Positions 16,221-24,663 of a DNA stretch of 46,872 nucleotides are shown piece after piece. This stretch comes from Phycisphaerales bacterium (lineage in GTDB: Bacteria; Planctomycetota; Phycisphaerae; Phycisphaerales; SM1A02): contig JBIIRG010000001.1 of the NCBI GenBank assembly GCA_044341665.1, positions 1 to 46,872 of the forward strand, given 5' to 3'. Position 1 is the first letter of the stretch. Every line of letters begins with the position of its first letter. The notes below the pieces were generated by a model. That model worked only from the letters and a program-made list of their open reading frames with translations. It ran no database searches and was not told the DNA's origin. The translations under genes and the position numbers were made by a program.

Positions 16221-17251
16221 CGGCGCCACTCGGTGGGCATGGCCTCGCCCTTGACCATCGCGTACGCACGCTCGAGAAGCTGCCGCACGCCCTCGCCCGT
16301 GGCGCCCGAGATCACGACCGGCGGCTCGTCCTTGCCGAGCCCGATCTCCGTCGCAAGCCGACGGATGCGCTTCGCACGCTCTTCCTCGGGAACAAGGTCC
16401 ACCTTCGAGAAGACGACGAGCTCGGGCTTCTCGGCGAGCACCGGCGAGAACGCATGGAGCTCGGCGCGGATGGTGCGGTAGTTGTCGGCAGGCTTCGATC
16501 CGTCGAGCGGCGCGAGATCGACGAGGTGCACGATCGCCTTGGTGCGCTCGATGTGCCGCAGGAAGTCGTGGCCGAGCCCTGCACCATCGCTCGCGCCCTC
16601 GATCAGCCCCGGGATGTCGGCGAGCACGAGCCGGCGGTCTCCCGCGAGCTCGGCGATCCCCAGCTGCGGCTTGCGCGTGGTGAACGGATACGCGCCCACC
16701 TTGGCCGTGGCGCGGCTCGTCGCGTTCAGCAGCGTCGACTTGCCGGCGTTGGGCAGCCCGACGAAGCCGATGTCGGCGATGAGCTTGAGCTCGAGGTGCA
16801 GCGACCGCTCGATCGCCTCGCCGCCCGGTGTGCACTCGGTCGGCGACTGGTGCGTCGAGGTCTTGAAGCGGTCGTTGCCGAGCCCACCGCGGCCGCCCTC
16901 TGCAACGAGCACGGTCTGCCCGTCCTCGGTGATGTCCGCCACCAACTCACCCGACTCCAGCTCGCGCACGACGGTGCCAAGCGGCACCTTGACGTAGAGA
17001 TCCTCGCCGTCGCGGCCGTGGCACTTCTTGTTGGCGCCATTCTCACCGGGCTTCGCGAAGCGATGCGGCCGATGCTGGTACTCGAGCAGCGTGTCGAGAT
17101 GGAGGTCGCCGACCAGAAAGACATGGCCGCCGCGACCGCCGTCGCCACCGTCGGGCCCGCCCTTCATGATCGACTTCTCGCGACGGAACGACGCCACGCC
17201 GTTGCCGCCTTGGCCACTGCGGACATGGATGATTGCTTCGTCGACGAGCAT
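16217..17251 (-). CDS. obg: GTPase Obg/CgtA
   Basis: 344 aa from ATG 17249-17251. It has the Obg fold MLVDEAIIHVRSGQGGNGVASFRREK...GGPDGGDGGRGGHV and the G-domain motifs GLPNAGKSTLLN, DIPGLIEGA and SKVD. Confidence 0.93.
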   Translation of the reverse strand: MLVDEAIIHVRSGQGGNGVASFRREKSIMKGGPDGGDGGRGGHVFLVGDLHLDTLLEYQHRPHRFAKPGENGANKKCHGRDGEDLYVKVPLGTVVRELESGELVADITEDGQTVLVAEGGRGGLGNDRFKTSTHQSPTECTPGGEAIERSLHLELKLIADIGFVGLPNAGKSTLLNATSRATAKVGAYPFTTRKPQLGIAELAGDRRLVLADIPGLIEGASDGAGLGHDFLRHIERTKAIVHLVDLAPLDGSKPADNYRTIRAELHAFSPVLAEKPELVVFSKVDLVPEEERAKRIRRLATEIGLGKDEPPVVISGATGEGVRQLLERAYAMVKGEAMPTEWRR

Positions 17252-17267
17252 GGTCGTGCGCTGGAAC

Positions 17268-17298
17268 GGGAAAGAAAGCCGCACGCTTGCGCGTGCGG
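17268..17298 (-). terminator. Hairpin plus U-rich tail between rpmA and obg (terminator or attenuator)
   Basis: On the - strand, CCGCACGC-GCAA-GCGTGCGG is followed by CTTTCTTTCC. Confidence 0.5.
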
Positions 17299-17325
17299 CG
17301 GAATCTCAATCGAAGTTCTGACGGC

Positions 17326-17607
17326 TCAGCGGGACGAACCGACCGCGTCGTACGCGGGGATCGCAGCGTCCGCCGGGATGATGTCCACGTGGCTGCCGCG
17401 GAAACGCACGGTTCCAGCCGACAGCGCCATCAGCGTGTCGTCCTTGCCGCGGTGCACGAGGTAGCCGGGCTTCCAACGGGTGCCGCACTGGCGCACGATG
17501 ATCGCGCCGGCCTTGGCGAGTTCGCCGCCGTAAAGCTTGATGCCACGGAACTGCGGGTTCGAATCGCGTCCGTTCTTGGTTGAGCCCTGACCCTTCTTGT
17601 GTGCCAC
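17326..17607 (-). CDS. rpmA: 50S ribosomal protein L27
   Basis: 93 aa from GTG 17605-17607. The sequence (M)[47 protein letters not shown]... is the canonical L27 N-terminus. Confidence 0.93.
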   Translation of the reverse strand: MAHKKGQGSTKNGRDSNPQFRGIKLYGGELAKAGAIIVRQCGTRWKPGYLVHRGKDDTLMALSAGTVRFRGSHVDIIPADAAIPAYDAVGSSR

Positions 17608-17653
17608 GACAGAATCTCCAAAAGGTGCTGAGTCGGGAGAAGATACCGAACAC

Positions 17654-18292
17654 TCAGCGGAAAATCCACCGCTGACCAACGATCGGATACGTCATTGATC
17701 CCCTCGGCTTCGGATCGCCCGGGACCAGATAACTCAGTTCGATGGCGCGCCGAAGCACCACTGGCTCGCCCGTCTTGGGATGGGCTTCCTTCTTGGTCTC
17801 GCGCGACAGCCCATGCACCATCACGGTCAGTTCCGTCGGATCGAGCTTGTCGGCCCGGAACACCACGAGGCCCGACTTCGCGTTCTCCTTGCCGGGGAGC
17901 ACCTCGCCAAGGATCTCGAAGTGATCCTCGAGCAGGTCGTTGGCAAGATGCTTCTTGAGCTTGGCGATCACGCCGCTCGCAACGCCTTCGCCCTGACCGA
18001 GAATCACGCCGTCGTCGGTGACGAGATCAATGCGCGGCGAGAACCGGACCTCCGCACCCGTCTTGTTCACGACGTCGTACGTCATGTACCAGTAGTGCTT
18101 GCCGCTGTCGGGGTCCTTGAAGAGCCGCAGTTCAGACGGCGTGAACACCAGCTCCTTCTTGGGGTTCGTGAGCGCCACGGTCTCGGATTGGGCGACCGCA
18201 GTCGTGCCTGTCACGCAGACGCCAGCAAGACCGACGGCCAATGCGAGCGCCGAGAAGGCGGACGTGAAACGATGAGCGCGGAATGAACGCAT
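17654..18292 (-). CDS. Secreted hypothetical protein (212 aa)
   Basis: This is the C-terminal part of the 642-aa track ORF, taken from ATG 18290-18292. It has a signal-like [35 protein letters not shown]. The composition is protein-like (K/E/D-rich, unlike the Arg-rich shadow sequence upstream). I recognise no family. Confidence 0.55.
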   Translation of the reverse strand: MRSFRAHRFTSAFSALALAVGLAGVCVTGTTAVAQSETVALTNPKKELVFTPSELRLFKDPDSGKHYWYMTYDVVNKTGAEVRFSPRIDLVTDDGVILGQGEGVASGVIAKLKKHLANDLLEDHFEILGEVLPGKENAKSGLVVFRADKLDPTELTVMVHGLSRETKKEAHPKTGEPVVLRRAIELSYLVPGDPKPRGSMTYPIVGQRWIFR

Positions 18293-18595
18293 GAGATCTC
18301 TCCAATCCCACGATTCGGCGGGCTGGCCGAACGGGGTGCGCCATTGTAGCCAAAACCGCCCCCGTCGCCCTCTCGCAGGCATGATTGCCCATCTCACGAG
18401 CCTCTCCAAGGGGCGACCTGGGTCGGGAGGCACCGAGCGTGGTCCGTGGCGCCGTCGTTGAGATGGCTGGCGAGATGGTCCGCACGATGCTCCTCGGATA
18501 GTCTTCGTGCCGCGATCCCAGATGGGTGGGAGTCCGGGCCTGCGATGCGCGCCCCGGTGAACCGACCACGCCCGAGAGCGACCGCGCGGTACCGC

Positions 18596-19561
18596 ATGAC
18601 CAACGTCTCCCCCCAGCGCCAGATCGTGCAGGTCACCGCAGATAGGGTGGAGGAAGCACTGTCGGCCCTGCTCGCGGCCGGCCCCGCTGCCGCGAACCGC
18701 TTCGCCCGGCAGGCCGAGTCGGCCCGGATCCCTCTTGATCGATTCTGGTGCCTGGCGGATGAATTCGGCCGGTACCGGGCGGCGGTCCTTGTGGTCCCGA
18801 GCCTCGGGCGGACCGCCATGCTCCTCGCGTCCCATGCGCATGGAGCCGACGAGGCGCGGCAGCTCGGACCGCTGATCGCCGCGGCCGCCGAGGGCTGCTC
18901 GGACTGCTGCGACATCGCGCAGGCGCTGATCGAGCCAAGCAGAGGACATGACCTCGCCGCCTTCGAGGCGGGTGGACTCCGGCAGCTGGCCGTGCTCGAG
19001 TACCTCGAGCGCCATCTTCCGCGCGCGGGCACCCTCGAGGCGCTGCCCGTCCCTTCGGGCTGGACGATCGATGCCGCCGCAGCGCCCGATGTGCTGTCGG
19101 GCGCCGACCCGCACGCGCTGGGCGCGACCTGCCGCGCCGAGATCATCGCCGTGCTCGAGGCGAGCTATCGCGAGACGCGCGACTGCCCTGGCCTCGCCGG
19201 GCTCCGGCGGACGAGCGACGTGCTGGACGGTCACTTCGGCACGGGCAGCCGCGCGCGATTCTGGTTGCTCGCGCGGCGAGGCGGCGCAGCAGAAGGCGTG
19301 TGCCTCATCAACACCTCTCCCGACGGAAACAGCGCCGAGCTCGTGTATCTCGGCCTCGCGCCCTCGGCGCGCGGACACGGCATCGGCCGCGCGCTGCTCT
19401 CGGCCGGCATGCGCGCATGCTCGCTGGCGCGCATCGGCAGCATCTCGCTCGCGGTCGATGCGGCGAACGAACCTGCGAAATCGCTGTACGCATCGCTTGG
19501 TTTCCGCAGAACGACGACGCGCGCCGCGCTCATCCGCCCGCTGCACGCGTCGCCGTGCTGA
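18596..19561 (+). CDS. GNAT-family N-acetyltransferase (two-domain)
   Basis: 321 aa from ATG 18596. The C-terminal ...VYLGLAPSARGHGIGRALLSAGMRAC...AANEPAKSLYASLGF... is GNAT motif A/B. The start is uncertain. Confidence 0.7.
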   Translation: MTNVSPQRQIVQVTADRVEEALSALLAAGPAAANRFARQAESARIPLDRFWCLADEFGRYRAAVLVVPSLGRTAMLLASHAHGADEARQLGPLIAAAAEGCSDCCDIAQALIEPSRGHDLAAFEAGGLRQLAVLEYLERHLPRAGTLEALPVPSGWTIDAAAAPDVLSGADPHALGATCRAEIIAVLEASYRETRDCPGLAGLRRTSDVLDGHFGTGSRARFWLLARRGGAAEGVCLINTSPDGNSAELVYLGLAPSARGHGIGRALLSAGMRACSLARIGSISLAVDAANEPAKSLYASLGFRRTTTRAALIRPLHASPC

Positions 19562-19698
19562 GCGGTCGCCGGCACCGCTCACGAGCGCGGGCGGACCGTG
19601 GCGACCAACGTGCCGAGGAACTTGTCAAGGCGGTTTCGACGCGAGCAGCACTAAAAAGTTTTCGCAAGTCGGTACCGCCTCGCGGTGTCTTCCGCGAC

Positions 19699-19707
19699 TT
19701 ATCCACA
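19699..19707 (+). promoter_or_regulatory. Perfect consensus DnaA box, TTATCCACA
   Basis: An exact 9-mer lies 426 nt upstream of the dnaA ATG. The motif is A/T-rich in a very GC-rich window, so a chance occurrence is unlikely (my rough base-composition estimate is well below one per window). Confidence 0.55.
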
Positions 19708-20132
19708 GACTTCCCGCGCGAGCGTGTGCACGGTGCAAAAGAACGCGCAATCCGCTTGTTTTGCAGCGCTTCCGTGCAAAAGCGACCGCTTCCGCCCGCT
19801 TGGTTGCTTGCACGACTCGGACCTCGCGCTACAGTGCGACGAGCCCGCAGGGACGCGGGTCCTCGCGGCGGATTCTCGCGGGGCCGAACGAGCGGTGTCC
19901 GCTGCGGCCGAGGGAGAGCGCTTCGCGCCAGTCCCCCTTGTCCGCACCGTGACGGATCGCCCGCGTCGGTGGAGGCTCACCCATTTCCTTGCATCTCACG
20001 CCTGAACTGGTGCGTGGCGCCCGAATCGGGCAACGGCTGGAGATCCGTTGTCGGCTTGGATGCTGTCCGCACGCCCGAACCGAGGTTCGGAGTCCCAGGC
20101 GCTCCGACCGAGTCGTCCCACAGAGTTCTCCC

Positions 20133-21641
20133 ATGTCAGCGGGTCCAGTTCCAGCGAATCCAGCCCCATCGCTCCCCGCCCGCGCGCCGCGGCCCGGCCG
20201 CGCCGAGAAGCCCGACGAGCGGACCGAGCGCTTCCGCGCGCGCCTCTCTGAGCGGATCGGCTCGCACCGCTTCGGGCTCTGGTTCGAGCACGGCACCGCC
20301 ATCGCGGTGGACCGGTCCTCGATCACCGTGACGGCGGCCAACGCCTATGTGCGCGACTGGATCCTGCGGAACTTCCGCGAGCCGCTCGAACAGATCGCAG
20401 GCGAGGTCGTCGGACCGGAGTGCAGCGTCGATGTCGCCATCGCGGCGGGCACAGACCCCGTGCTGCGCGACGCGGGCTCACGGACGGAGCACCCCGCCGC
20501 GCGCGGCGCCGACGCAGAGGTCGCAACGCTCCGGGTGGCCGCCGACGACCCGCGCCGCCGCGCGCCCGCCGCACGGCAGGCCACGCTTCGGCGGCTCGAT
20601 GACTTCGTGGTCGGCGAGGCGAACCGCCTCGCGTACGCGGCGAGCAGGCAGCTCGGCGAGGGCTCGGCCGAGGCGCCCTCGATCCTCTTCCTCCACGGCG
20701 AGTGCGGCGTCGGCAAGACGCACCTCCTGCAGGGTCTCTGCAGGCGCCGCTCCGAGCGGGCGCCTCGGCAGGTCGTCAAGTACCTCACCGCCGAGCAGTT
20801 CACCAACGAGTACATCGCGGCTGTCCGCGACGGCTCGCTCGACGCCTTCCGCAAGCGCTTGCGCCGCGTGGACCTGCTTGCGATCGACGACGTCCACTTC
20901 TTTGCCAACAAGACGGCCACCCAGGCCGAGTTCCTGCACACGGTCGACGCGATCGACCTCTCGGGCGCCCGGGTGGCGATCGTCTCCGACGAACACCCCC
21001 GCCACATCCGCCGGTTCAGCCAGTCGCTGGTGAGCCGCTTCCTCTCGGGAATGGTGGTCAAGGTCGACCGCCCCGACCGTGGAACGCGCCTCGAGCTCGT
21101 GCGGCGACTGGCGCGCGAGCGCGGGCTCGACCTCACGACCGCCGCCGAGGACTCGGTGGCCGGGCGCTGCACAGGCTCCATCCGAGAGATCGAGGGTGCG
21201 ATCACCCGCCTCGGCGCGCTCGTCGAACTCGACGGCATGCGCGGCCAGATCGGTCCCGGCACCGTCGACCGGCTGCTCGGCGAGGAACTCGGGCCGACGG
21301 GCGGGACCATCCCGATCCGCCTCGGTCACATCGTCGAGGCCGTGTGCGACCGCATGCGCGTGTCGCGCGAGGACCTCCTCGGCAACGGCCGCCATCCGCG
21401 GACCGTCGCGGCGCGCGGGCTCGTCGCCCACCTGTCGCGCGAGCTCACGACCCACAGCTACCCCGAGATCGCGCGTGCGCTCGGCCGCGACACGCACTCG
21501 GCCGTGCACACCGCCGCCAAGCGGATCAAGTCCTTGATCGACGACGACCAGCGTCTTGGCGCGGACGGCGAGCCCGTGCGCGAGCTCGTCGACCAGCTTC
21601 GCCACGACATCGTGCGGGCGAGCCGCAACCGTCCGCTCTGA
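20133..21641 (+). CDS. dnaA: Chromosomal replication initiator protein DnaA
   Basis: 502 aa from ATG 20133. It has the Walker A motif LFLHGECGVGKTHLLQ, Walker B plus sensor regions LLAIDDVHFFANKTATQAEFLHT and VIVSDEHP, and the C-terminal DNA-binding domain ...SYPEIARALGRDTHSAVHTAAKRI... Confidence 0.93.
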   Translation: MSAGPVPANPAPSLPARAPRPGRAEKPDERTERFRARLSERIGSHRFGLWFEHGTAIAVDRSSITVTAANAYVRDWILRNFREPLEQIAGEVVGPECSVDVAIAAGTDPVLRDAGSRTEHPAARGADAEVATLRVAADDPRRRAPAARQATLRRLDDFVVGEANRLAYAASRQLGEGSAEAPSILFLHGECGVGKTHLLQGLCRRRSERAPRQVVKYLTAEQFTNEYIAAVRDGSLDAFRKRLRRVDLLAIDDVHFFANKTATQAEFLHTVDAIDLSGARVAIVSDEHPRHIRRFSQSLVSRFLSGMVVKVDRPDRGTRLELVRRLARERGLDLTTAAEDSVAGRCTGSIREIEGAITRLGALVELDGMRGQIGPGTVDRLLGEELGPTGGTIPIRLGHIVEAVCDRMRVSREDLLGNGRHPRTVAARGLVAHLSRELTTHSYPEIARALGRDTHSAVHTAAKRIKSLIDDDQRLGADGEPVRELVDQLRHDIVRASRNRPL

Positions 21642-21711
21642 TCCGATCGCACGCGAAAGCGCACGCACGAACGGGAACTCCCGCACCTGCGCTTTGGCTA
21701 CACTCGCCCGC

Positions 21712-23349
21712 ATGCAACGGGCCGTCCCTCCACTGCTGATCGCGGGCATTCTGCTGGCCTCGTCGCCTCGGTTCACGGGATCCGCGTGGGCATCTGCGCC
21801 GCAAGACGCACCGCAGGGAAGCGCCGCGCAGTCCTACGACACCGTCGATCGATTCCAGACGGCGCTCCGCGCGCTGCGCGAAGGCGTGCTCGCCGGCAAC
21901 GAAGGCGTGCAGCACGCTGCGCTGGTCGCGCTCCGCCAGCTGCGTGATCCCGCGCTCAGCGCGCTCTTCGAGCGCCTCGCCGACGGCGACGACTGGTCCG
22001 CGCGCGTCGACAGCGTGCTCGGGCTCGCGGAGCTCTCGCCTGGGGGCCGCATCGACATCGATCGCATCGAACGGCTGCCGGGCGAGCGCGACCGCGAGGC
22101 CGCGATCAACGCCACGCTCTCGCTGCGGCTGGCCGACCGCGAGCAGATCGAGGCGATGCTCGCGTGGAGCGACCTGCCGTCGTCGCAGCGCGCGCTGCTC
22201 GCCGCCGAGCTGCGGCGTCTCGGTGGCACCCCCGAGACCGCGATGGTCGTTCGGCTGGCGAACTCGAAGACACCCGAGATCGCAGGCCTCGCCACCTGCA
22301 TCCTGCTCGACATGAAGGCACGCGAGGCAGCACCGCTTGCCGGCAAGGTGCGCGACCAGATCGCGGCGCTCCCGCCCGCCACGCGCTCCGCCGCGATCGC
22401 GCAGGTGGCCGACGCCTGCGCCGCCAATCGCCTCGCGGGTGCCGGTCCGTTCCTCGCATCGCTCCTCGCGCTTCCCGATCTCGCCGAGGAGGCGCGCATG
22501 CGCGCGCTGGGAAACCTGCTCATCTTCGCGCCGGCCGACGGCTACCAGCCGCTTCAAGCGGCGCTGGCCGCCGACAGCTCGCAGAGCTCGCTCTTCCGCT
22601 ACGCATCGATCCTGCTCGCGAGCGGTGCGCCGGCGCCGGCAGAGGTGTGGGCGCGATTCCGCAACGGCGACTCGATGCTCGAGGCGATCGCCGACGCGGG
22701 AACGGCGATCGGCGCTGGCTCTCGTGCCGCTGCGTACCGCGCGCTCATCGGGCTCGAGCGCCGCGTGATCCTCCGCGCCGCGATCGACGGCGCCAACCGA
22801 ATCGGCGAGGACGCGGAGCGTGACCTCGGCCAGGCCTGCCTCGAGTTCGTGCTGCGGCCGGGTCCGACGCCGCCACAGATGTCGGAGACGCTGCTCGCGG
22901 CGCTCTTCCGCCTCGCTGAGCTCGAGCCCGGGCAGTTCCGCGCAGCGCTTGCGACTCCCGACCTCGACTCCCCGACCAAGGACGCGCTCCTCATGGCCCT
23001 CCTCCACGGTGGCTCGACCGCGGCCGCCGAGGTCGCGGTCACTGCGCGCGGCGGCGCCTCGCGCCTTGGCGAAGGTCAGATCGCGGTGCTCACGGCGCGA
23101 CACGCGGGCGAGCTCGCGCCCAAGGAACGCGACGCGCTTCTCGGCGAACTTCTGCTTGTGGCAGGCGGCGCGGTCAACGTGTCGCTGCCGGTGCGAATCC
23201 AGGCTGCCTGGCTTTGGATGAAGCTCGCGGGGAAGTCCGATGACGCCCTCGCGGCACTCGTGCCGGCCGACAGCGCCGGCAACGCGGCCAAGGATCTGAG
23301 CAGGGACTCGGATCCGAGCAAGGACTCGCCGAAGGACCCGACGCAATGA
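21712..23349 (+). CDS. Secreted HEAT-repeat protein
   Basis: 545 aa from ATG 21712. It has a signal-like MQRAVPPLLIAGILLASSPRFTGSAWA and repeated Ala/Leu-rich helical pairs with ...ALVALRQLRDPALSALFERLADGDDWSARVDSVLGLAEL... (HEAT-like). A TACACT -10-like hexamer sits 7 nt before the ATG. Confidence 0.55.
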   Translation: MQRAVPPLLIAGILLASSPRFTGSAWASAPQDAPQGSAAQSYDTVDRFQTALRALREGVLAGNEGVQHAALVALRQLRDPALSALFERLADGDDWSARVDSVLGLAELSPGGRIDIDRIERLPGERDREAAINATLSLRLADREQIEAMLAWSDLPSSQRALLAAELRRLGGTPETAMVVRLANSKTPEIAGLATCILLDMKAREAAPLAGKVRDQIAALPPATRSAAIAQVADACAANRLAGAGPFLASLLALPDLAEEARMRALGNLLIFAPADGYQPLQAALAADSSQSSLFRYASILLASGAPAPAEVWARFRNGDSMLEAIADAGTAIGAGSRAAAYRALIGLERRVILRAAIDGANRIGEDAERDLGQACLEFVLRPGPTPPQMSETLLAALFRLAELEPGQFRAALATPDLDSPTKDALLMALLHGGSTAAAEVAVTARGGASRLGEGQIAVLTARHAGELAPKERDALLGELLLVAGGAVNVSLPVRIQAAWLWMKLAGKSDDALAALVPADSAGNAAKDLSRDSDPSKDSPKDPTQ

Positions 23350-24497
23350 GCGAACCCATCTGGCTCGGCCCCCGCCCGCCATCCCGGACCGAATGGCGCG
23401 AGATGCAGGAGACCTTCGGCAGCTCGCCGAGCGGATACCACCTGCTCGAGGAACGCGTCGAGGCCCGCGTCGCCGGCATCGTCGAGCGTCCATTCGGCGT
23501 CAGCTTCGGCTCGACCGGCGATGCGATCGAGGCCGCGCTCGACGCGCTGGGCGTGACCATCGGCACCGAGGTCGTCGTTCCCGCGCTGGCTCCCGCGGCG
23601 CTCGGGGTTGCGATCGCCCGCAGCGGCGCGCGCATCCGCTACGCCGACGTCGACGCGAAGTCGCTCACGCTGCGCGCCCCTGCTGCATCGTCGCATGTCG
23701 GCTCCGCCACGCGCGTGATCGTGGGTGTCGCGGCGCACGGACAGCCTGCAGGGCTCGACGAACTCGCCGCACTCGCGGCGCGCAACGAACTGCCGCTCCT
23801 CGAGATCGTGACGGGCGGACTCGGCGGGCGCATCGGTCGCGACCCGGTCGGACGTTTCGGACGCATCTCCGTCATCGGACTCGGAACGCACGAGTCGCCC
23901 ATTGGTTCGGGCGGCGCCATCTGCGTGACCAACGACGACACCCTCGCCAACGCGCTGCGGCTCATCCGCAACCTCGGCCGCTCCGAGCCGAAGAGCGACT
24001 GGGAGCGCATCGGCGGCGTGCGCCCGCTCGAGCGCCTCGGACTCGACGCGCGCATGAACCCCATGCAGGCCGCCCTCGCCGACGTGCGCCTGCGCCGCTT
24101 CGACGAAACCTGCGAGCGGCTCGAGCAGGTGTTCCACGCCTACCTGCGCCGATTGGCCATGCATCCCGACCTCGTGCTGCCCGCGCCCTGCGCCGACGGC
24201 ACGGTGTGCTGGTCGCACTTCGCCGTGCGCCTCTCCGAGCGCTTCGGCCGCGATGACCGCGACTCGATCCTGCAAGGTCTCCTGCGCCATGACATCGCCG
24301 CGACAAGCGTGCTCTATGTGCTGCCGCTCGAGCCGGCATTCGCGCACACGGCGACCAACGCAGACTGCCGCATCGCGCAGCGCGCGGCCGACCGGCTGAT
24401 CGCGCTGCCGTTCTCGACGTCGCTGACCGAGCGGGACATCGACCTCATCTGCCAGACGCTGCAGGTGATGGTGGAGAGGCAGACGATTCTTCGTTAG
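23346..24497 (+). CDS. DegT/DnrJ/EryC1/StrS-family (fold type I aminotransferase-like) protein, apparently degenerate
   Basis: 383 aa. The ATG overlaps the upstream stop (ATGA). The family is recognised from ...FGSTGDAIEAALDALGV..GTEVVVPAL.., ..GSGGAICVTNDDTLANALRLIRNLG.. and the overall length. See the findings for the missing Lys and Asp. Confidence 0.65.
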   Translation: MSEPIWLGPRPPSRTEWREMQETFGSSPSGYHLLEERVEARVAGIVERPFGVSFGSTGDAIEAALDALGVTIGTEVVVPALAPAALGVAIARSGARIRYADVDAKSLTLRAPAASSHVGSATRVIVGVAAHGQPAGLDELAALAARNELPLLEIVTGGLGGRIGRDPVGRFGRISVIGLGTHESPIGSGGAICVTNDDTLANALRLIRNLGRSEPKSDWERIGGVRPLERLGLDARMNPMQAALADVRLRRFDETCERLEQVFHAYLRRLAMHPDLVLPAPCADGTVCWSHFAVRLSERFGRDDRDSILQGLLRHDIAATSVLYVLPLEPAFAHTATNADCRIAQRAADRLIALPFSTSLTERDIDLICQTLQVMVERQTILR

Positions 24498-24656
24498 AGC
24501 GCTCGCAGCTTGCGGCTGCTCGCTTTGGCAGGATCCACGGGGTGCGTTCGAGCGATCGCAGCTTGCGGCTGCTCGCTTTGGCAGGGTCCACGGCGTGCGT
24601 TCGAGCGCTCGCAGCTTGCGGCTGCTCGCTTTGGCGCGATTCACGTCGTGCAACGA
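24498..24656. repeat. Three tandem copies of a 53-bp hairpin-containing unit
   Basis: The units are 24498-24550, 24551-24603 and 24604-24656. The shared core is AGCG(C/A)TCGCAGCTTGCGGCTGCTCGCTTTGG. The third copy diverges in its last 20 nt or so. Each unit contains GCAGC-TTGCG-GCTGC flanked by GAGCG/CGCTT, followed by TTT. The array lies between the convergent DegT-like and guaA ends. Confidence 0.9.
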
Positions 24657-24663
24657 AGAGGGA

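Noticed and set aside
17654-19582. A 642-aa ORF on the - strand as a single large protein.
   Set aside because: Only the last 212 codons (from ATG 18292) look like protein. The upstream part is antisense to the GNAT gene and Arg-rich.
19562-20132. rpmH (L34) or another small gene divergent from dnaA, as in many bacteria.
   Set aside because: I found no reading frame on either strand resembling L34 (MKRTFQPS...). The track ORFs here (19625-19813, 19699-19980 and others) look non-coding.
21526-23493. Long antisense ORFs across real genes. Examples are 21526-23493 (-), 23076-24653 (-), 24595-26367 (+), 25967-27964 (+), 31375-33408 (-), 32765-34093 (-), 37535-38998 (-), 41188-42735 (+), 9087-11072 (+) and 1579-3186 (+).
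   Set aside because: Each lies opposite a gene with clear family motifs. Their translations are dominated by R/A/G/P/D runs typical of the non-coding frames of high-GC DNA.
24498-24656. The tandem 53-bp repeats (and the 32-bp repeats at 9523-9618) as a CRISPR array.
   Set aside because: The units abut directly with no unique spacers, there are only three copies, and no cas genes are in the window. The 73-aa ORF 24510-24731 that reads through the repeats is also not credible.
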